Below are positions 60,937-64,000 of a stretch of 64,000 bases of DNA, piece after piece (the first letter of the stretch is position 1; each line of letters begins with the position of its first letter). The stretch covers positions 1,786 through 65,785 of the forward strand of contig JAFEGX010000069.1 in the NCBI GenBank assembly GCA_018239675.1, read 5' to 3'. The DNA is from Verrucomicrobiota bacterium. GTDB lineage: Bacteria; Verrucomicrobiota; Verrucomicrobiia; Opitutales; Opitutaceae. The notes beneath the pieces are model-generated. The model was given only the letters and a program-made list of their open reading frames with translations, was not told the DNA's origin and made no database searches. Made by a program: the position numbers and the translations under genes.

Positions 60937-63045
60937 CTACTTGGCCGGCAGGTTCTTGGCGGTCTTGATCCGGGCCTGGATGGCCTGGGCTTCCTGGCGC
61001 GCGGCCTGCGACACCGCGAAGTCGACCCGCGCCTCAAGGTAGAGGCGGTGCTGGTCGCCGTTGGCCGAGCCGGATTGGGCGGCGACCGTGAACCATGCCA
61101 GCGCCGACTGGAGATTTTGGGGCAGTCCCATGCCCTCGGCGTACATGATGCCGAGGCGGTCCTGCGCGTCGGCCAGGCCCTGTTCCGCGGCGCGCTGGCA
61201 CCAGCGGGCCGCGGCGGGAAGGTCGCGCGCCACGCCGTCGCCGTTGGCCAGGAGCAGCGACAGGTTGAGCTGGGCACCCGGCACGCCTTGCTCGGCCGCC
61301 TTGGTCAGCCAGTTGGCGGCCTCCGCGGGATCGCGCTCCACGCCTTCCTCGCCGCTGAGGTAGGCATAACCGAGGAAACTCTGGGCCTGCGGGTTGCCGT
61401 AGTAGGCCTTCACGTAGATCTGGTCGAACTCCGTCGCGGCCTCGGCGACGTAGCCCTTCGCGTCGAGATAGCGCATCGGGCCGTAGTCGCCGACATACTC
61501 GCGCCGCCAGTAGTTGCCGGTCGCGCGCCAGGTGGCGAGGTCGGTGAACCACACGCGGTACAGCTGGATCCGGACCATCTGGGGCGGCTGGTCCGGGAAA
61601 GGGTCGTTTTCAAACAGGCCCGTCACGACCGGGCTGCGCTCGAGGAGCCGCTGCGCGACCAGGCCGAACAGGGCGGTGGGCTTGCTGCGGGTCGCGAGCT
61701 CGATCTGCAGCGCCGCCTCGAAGCGGGGGAACAGCGGCGCGATGAACCCCGGGATGCGGTCGGCGCGCTGCGGGAAATGGCGCAGGTCATAGTTGCGCCA
61801 CGTCCGGCCGCCGTCGTTCGAGCCGCAAAACTCGACGACCTTGTGCTCCTGGTCGAGCCACGCGAAGAGCCCGTAGGCGTTGACGCTGCCAAAGCCGCTG
61901 AAGAGATAGCGCAGCGGCCGGTTGACGGTCTCGAAGAACGCGTTCTCGGGAATCTTGCAGCTCAGGACCACGAAATAGACGATCGTCAGGTACCAGTGCA
62001 CCCAGAGCGCCGCCGGCAGGCCGTAGCGGGACAGCGGATTCCGGATCGGCGCCACCACCGCCGGGGTCGCCGCCGCGGCGAACCGGGCCGCCAGGCCGGG
62101 GCGGCGCAGCAACCGCGCGGCGTCGGCCAGCATCTGGTCATCCAGCAGCAGCACGCCCAGCGCGATCGCCGACGTGTTCAGCCACCCGAAATTGCACGTG
62201 GCCTGGATGCCGAGCTGGAAGATGGTCCAGCAGCCGAAGGCGAACCAGCGCGCGCGGCGCCCGCCGAAGAGCATCCAGATGGGCGCGACAAACTCCGCGG
62301 CGTAGGTAAGCAGGATCTCGCCCACATGCCACCAGTGCGGCAGCTGGTGGTCGAAATAGCCGAGGATCGTGGGACAGGGCGCGCTCTGGTAAAGCTCGTC
62401 GAGGACGGTCAGGTTGTACCAACGCGGATCGCCGTACATGATCTTCGACAGCCCGTTCTCGAACATCACGCGGAACAGCAGCCACCGCATCATGAAGAAC
62501 GCGATCGGCCGCGGCGGGGAGTGCGCCCCGAGCCCGGGCCGGTAGCCGGCGGGGGCGTAGGGGATGCACAGCAGCGTGGTCTCGAGGATCAGCCAGTCGA
62601 CCTGAGGATCGGAGAAGATGATCCAGCCATCCGCGAACGACAGCAGCGCGACCCAGCATACCGAGAGCGCCATCCGCGGCCAGAAATTGAGCACGAGCGC
62701 GATCGCCGCGAGCAGGCCGGTCCACTGGACCACCCCGACCATCCATGGCGAGGCATTGAACCAGAACAGCGTTGGATTCTTGAGGAAGGCCGCGACCCCG
62801 CCAGGCGGCGTCGCCCGCAGCTGCGCGATCAGGCCGGTCAGCGGCGTCAGGCCGCGGGGTCCGATCAGCGCGTCGCTTTCATGAATGATGCCGCCGAAAA
62901 TGATGATGAAAACCACGCCCACGGCGCGCAGGACGATCCAGCGCGGCCACAGAAAGGTCGCATCGGTTCCCAGCCCCGAGAAGGACCGCAACTCGCGCCA
63001 CGCAGCCGCCAGCCAGGAGCGGGGAGGGGACAAGGAGGCGGTCAT
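60937..63045 (-). CDS. Lipase-maturation-factor (LMF1)-like polytopic membrane protein fused to C-terminal Sel1 repeats
   Basis: N-terminus 'FLWPRWIVLRAVGVVFIIIFGGIIHESDALIGPRGLTP' resembles the LMF family. The C-terminal ~170 aa carry 3-4 Sel1-like repeats ('AANWLTKAAEQGVPGAQLNLSLLL', 'AARWCQRAAEQGLADAQDRLGIMY', 'ALAWFTVAAQSG'). Confidence 0.7.
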   Translation of the reverse strand: MTASLSPPRSWLAAAWRELRSFSGLGTDATFLWPRWIVLRAVGVVFIIIFGGIIHESDALIGPRGLTPLTGLIAQLRATPPGGVAAFLKNPTLFWFNASPWMVGVVQWTGLLAAIALVLNFWPRMALSVCWVALLSFADGWIIFSDPQVDWLILETTLLCIPYAPAGYRPGLGAHSPPRPIAFFMMRWLLFRVMFENGLSKIMYGDPRWYNLTVLDELYQSAPCPTILGYFDHQLPHWWHVGEILLTYAAEFVAPIWMLFGGRRARWFAFGCWTIFQLGIQATCNFGWLNTSAIALGVLLLDDQMLADAARLLRRPGLAARFAAAATPAVVAPIRNPLSRYGLPAALWVHWYLTIVYFVVLSCKIPENAFFETVNRPLRYLFSGFGSVNAYGLFAWLDQEHKVVEFCGSNDGGRTWRNYDLRHFPQRADRIPGFIAPLFPRFEAALQIELATRSKPTALFGLVAQRLLERSPVVTGLFENDPFPDQPPQMVRIQLYRVWFTDLATWRATGNYWRREYVGDYGPMRYLDAKGYVAEAATEFDQIYVKAYYGNPQAQSFLGYAYLSGEEGVERDPAEAANWLTKAAEQGVPGAQLNLSLLLANGDGVARDLPAAARWCQRAAEQGLADAQDRLGIMYAEGMGLPQNLQSALAWFTVAAQSGSANGDQHRLYLEARVDFAVSQAARQEAQAIQARIKTAKNLPAK

Positions 63046-63151
63046 GGGTGGGGGGAGTCAGGCCGGCGCCGGCCCGCGCTGGGAAAGCTCCGCGTAGCTG
63101 GCGAAAAATCACCCCGTGCGTCAATGCAGGGCTCACGGGCGAGTCCCCACC

Positions 63152-63179
63152 GGCGGAATATTCGCGAACATTCGCCGCC
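63152..63179. promoter_or_regulatory. AT-rich imperfect palindrome in the divergent LMF-like/GH2 promoter region (operator candidate)
   Basis: GGCGGAATATTCGCGAACATTCGCCGCC. It contains the palindromic GAATATTC next to GAACATTC, flanked by GGCGG/GCCGCC. About 55 nt upstream of the GH2 ATG. Confidence 0.3.
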
Positions 63180-63232
63180 GGCCGGATTCGGGTCGCGTTG
63201 CCCCGGCCGCGCGACTTGGCTCGGTTTTTCCC

Positions 63233-64000
63233 ATGGCCACCCTGACTTCCGCGCCCCGTCCCGAGTACCCGCGCCCCCAGCTTGTCCGCCGCGACTGGCT
63301 CTGTCTCAACGGCCGCTGGCAGTTCGAAATCGACCAGGGCGACAGCGGCCTCGACCGCGGGCTGGTGCAACGGCCGCTGCGCGGTTCGATCATCGTGCCG
63401 TTCTGCCCGGAATCGAAGCTCTCGGGCGTCGAGAACACCGACTATCTCAATGCCGTGTGGTACCGGCGCGAGGTCGCGATCCCGGCCGCCTGGAAGGGAC
63501 GGCGGATCCTGCTGCACTTCCAGGCGAGCGACTATGACACGTTCGTCTGGGCCAATGGCATTGAGGTCGGACGGCACCGCGGCGGCATGACACCATTCTC
63601 GTGCGACCTCACCGAGGTCGCGGCGCCGGGGCGGAAGATCACGCTGGTCGTCCGGGCCCGGGACAACGCCCGCGAGACAATGCCGTCCGGCAAGCAGGCC
63701 TGGACCTACGCCAATGCCGGCTGCCACTATACGCGCACCACCGGCATTTGGCAGACCGTCTGGCTCGAACCCGTGCCGAAACGAGCCCACCTCCAGCGCC
63801 CGAAGATTATCCCGGACCTCGCCAACCGTCGCTTTGCCATCGAGCAGCCCGTGCAGGGCGCGCAGGCCGGCCTGATCTACCGGGCGCGGCTTTGCGACGC
63901 GCAGGGCGTGGTGAGCGAGACGAGCACCCGCTGCGGCGAGGGTTTTTACCCGCGGCTCGACCTCGCGGTGCCGGTCGACCGGGTCCGGCCGTGGTCGCCC
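63233..64000 (+). CDS. Glycoside hydrolase family 2-like protein (3' end outside window)
   Basis: ATG at 63233, open to the window end and so absent from the ORF track. 'EYPRPQLVRRDWLCLNGRWQFEID' and 'ILLHFQASDYDTFVWANGIEVGRHRGGMTPFSCDLT' match the GH2 sugar-binding domain pattern. Confidence 0.75.
   Translation, partial: MATLTSAPRPEYPRPQLVRRDWLCLNGRWQFEIDQGDSGLDRGLVQRPLRGSIIVPFCPESKLSGVENTDYLNAVWYRREVAIPAAWKGRRILLHFQASDYDTFVWANGIEVGRHRGGMTPFSCDLTEVAAPGRKITLVVRARDNARETMPSGKQAWTYANAGCHYTRTTGIWQTVWLEPVPKRAHLQRPKIIPDLANRRFAIEQPVQGAQAGLIYRARLCDAQGVVSETSTRCGEGFYPRLDLAVPVDRVRPWSP

Noticed and set aside
1-64000. Search for tRNA, rRNA, tmRNA, RNase P or SRP RNA genes in all intergenic gaps over 100 nt.
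   Set aside because: I recognised no cloverleaf-compatible segments and no conserved rRNA or tmRNA motifs by eye. This is a weak negative. tRNAscan-SE or Infernal should be run.

Overview
This is a GC-rich (about two-thirds G+C by eye), densely coding chromosomal window. I call 54 protein-coding genes on both strands. I recognised no rRNA, tRNA, CRISPR array, transposase, integrase or phage genes. The protein style and intergenic repeats suggest a Verrucomicrobiota/Opitutales-like organism, but that is inference only.

Most genes are housekeeping or core metabolism:
- rlmD-like, rlmN, miaB, trmH-family, gmk, gnd, moeA, dnaN, pssA
- ilvA, pyc, glyQS, pdxH, aroG, hisK-type histidinol phosphatase
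- interspersed peptidases (S9, M20, M28, M48), transporters (OPT, TSUP, MarC, YhhQ, CUT1-type ABC) and glycoside-hydrolase-like genes

The provided ORF track contains many long antisense or N-terminally over-extended ORFs, which are typical high-GC artefacts. I trimmed starts where homology-like N-termini or repeat elements argued for it. All functional calls come from motif recognition by eye, not from searches.

Observations worth a second look:
1. At least four families of intergenic hairpin repeats share one architecture: an outer stem, 2-3 tandem 7-9 nt 'words', a loop, then the inverted words. Each family uses a different word. One locus looks like one element nested inside another.
2. 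A rhomboid/rhombosortase-like protease is translationally linked to a protein with both an N-terminal lipobox and a C-terminal GlyGly-CTERM-like tail, plus an unknown 442-aa partner.
3. A tightly overlapped CHASE2 adenylate cyclase / SH3b-like protein / M48 protease operon has a haem-binding-domain gene downstream.
4. A 731-aa protein with a canonical EF-hand and a C-terminal membrane anchor is paired with a GT-C-like polytopic membrane protein.
5. An AT-rich island with a perfect TATAAT and five spaced GGTTGT(T) motifs lies upstream of a dnaN that has no adjacent dnaA. It is a candidate origin or regulatory region.
6. An orphan RelE/ParE-like gene overlaps pssA.
7. There is a fused sugar-ABC binding protein and permease.
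8. There is a lipase-maturation-factor-like / Sel1 fusion.

None of these can be confirmed without database searches or experiments.
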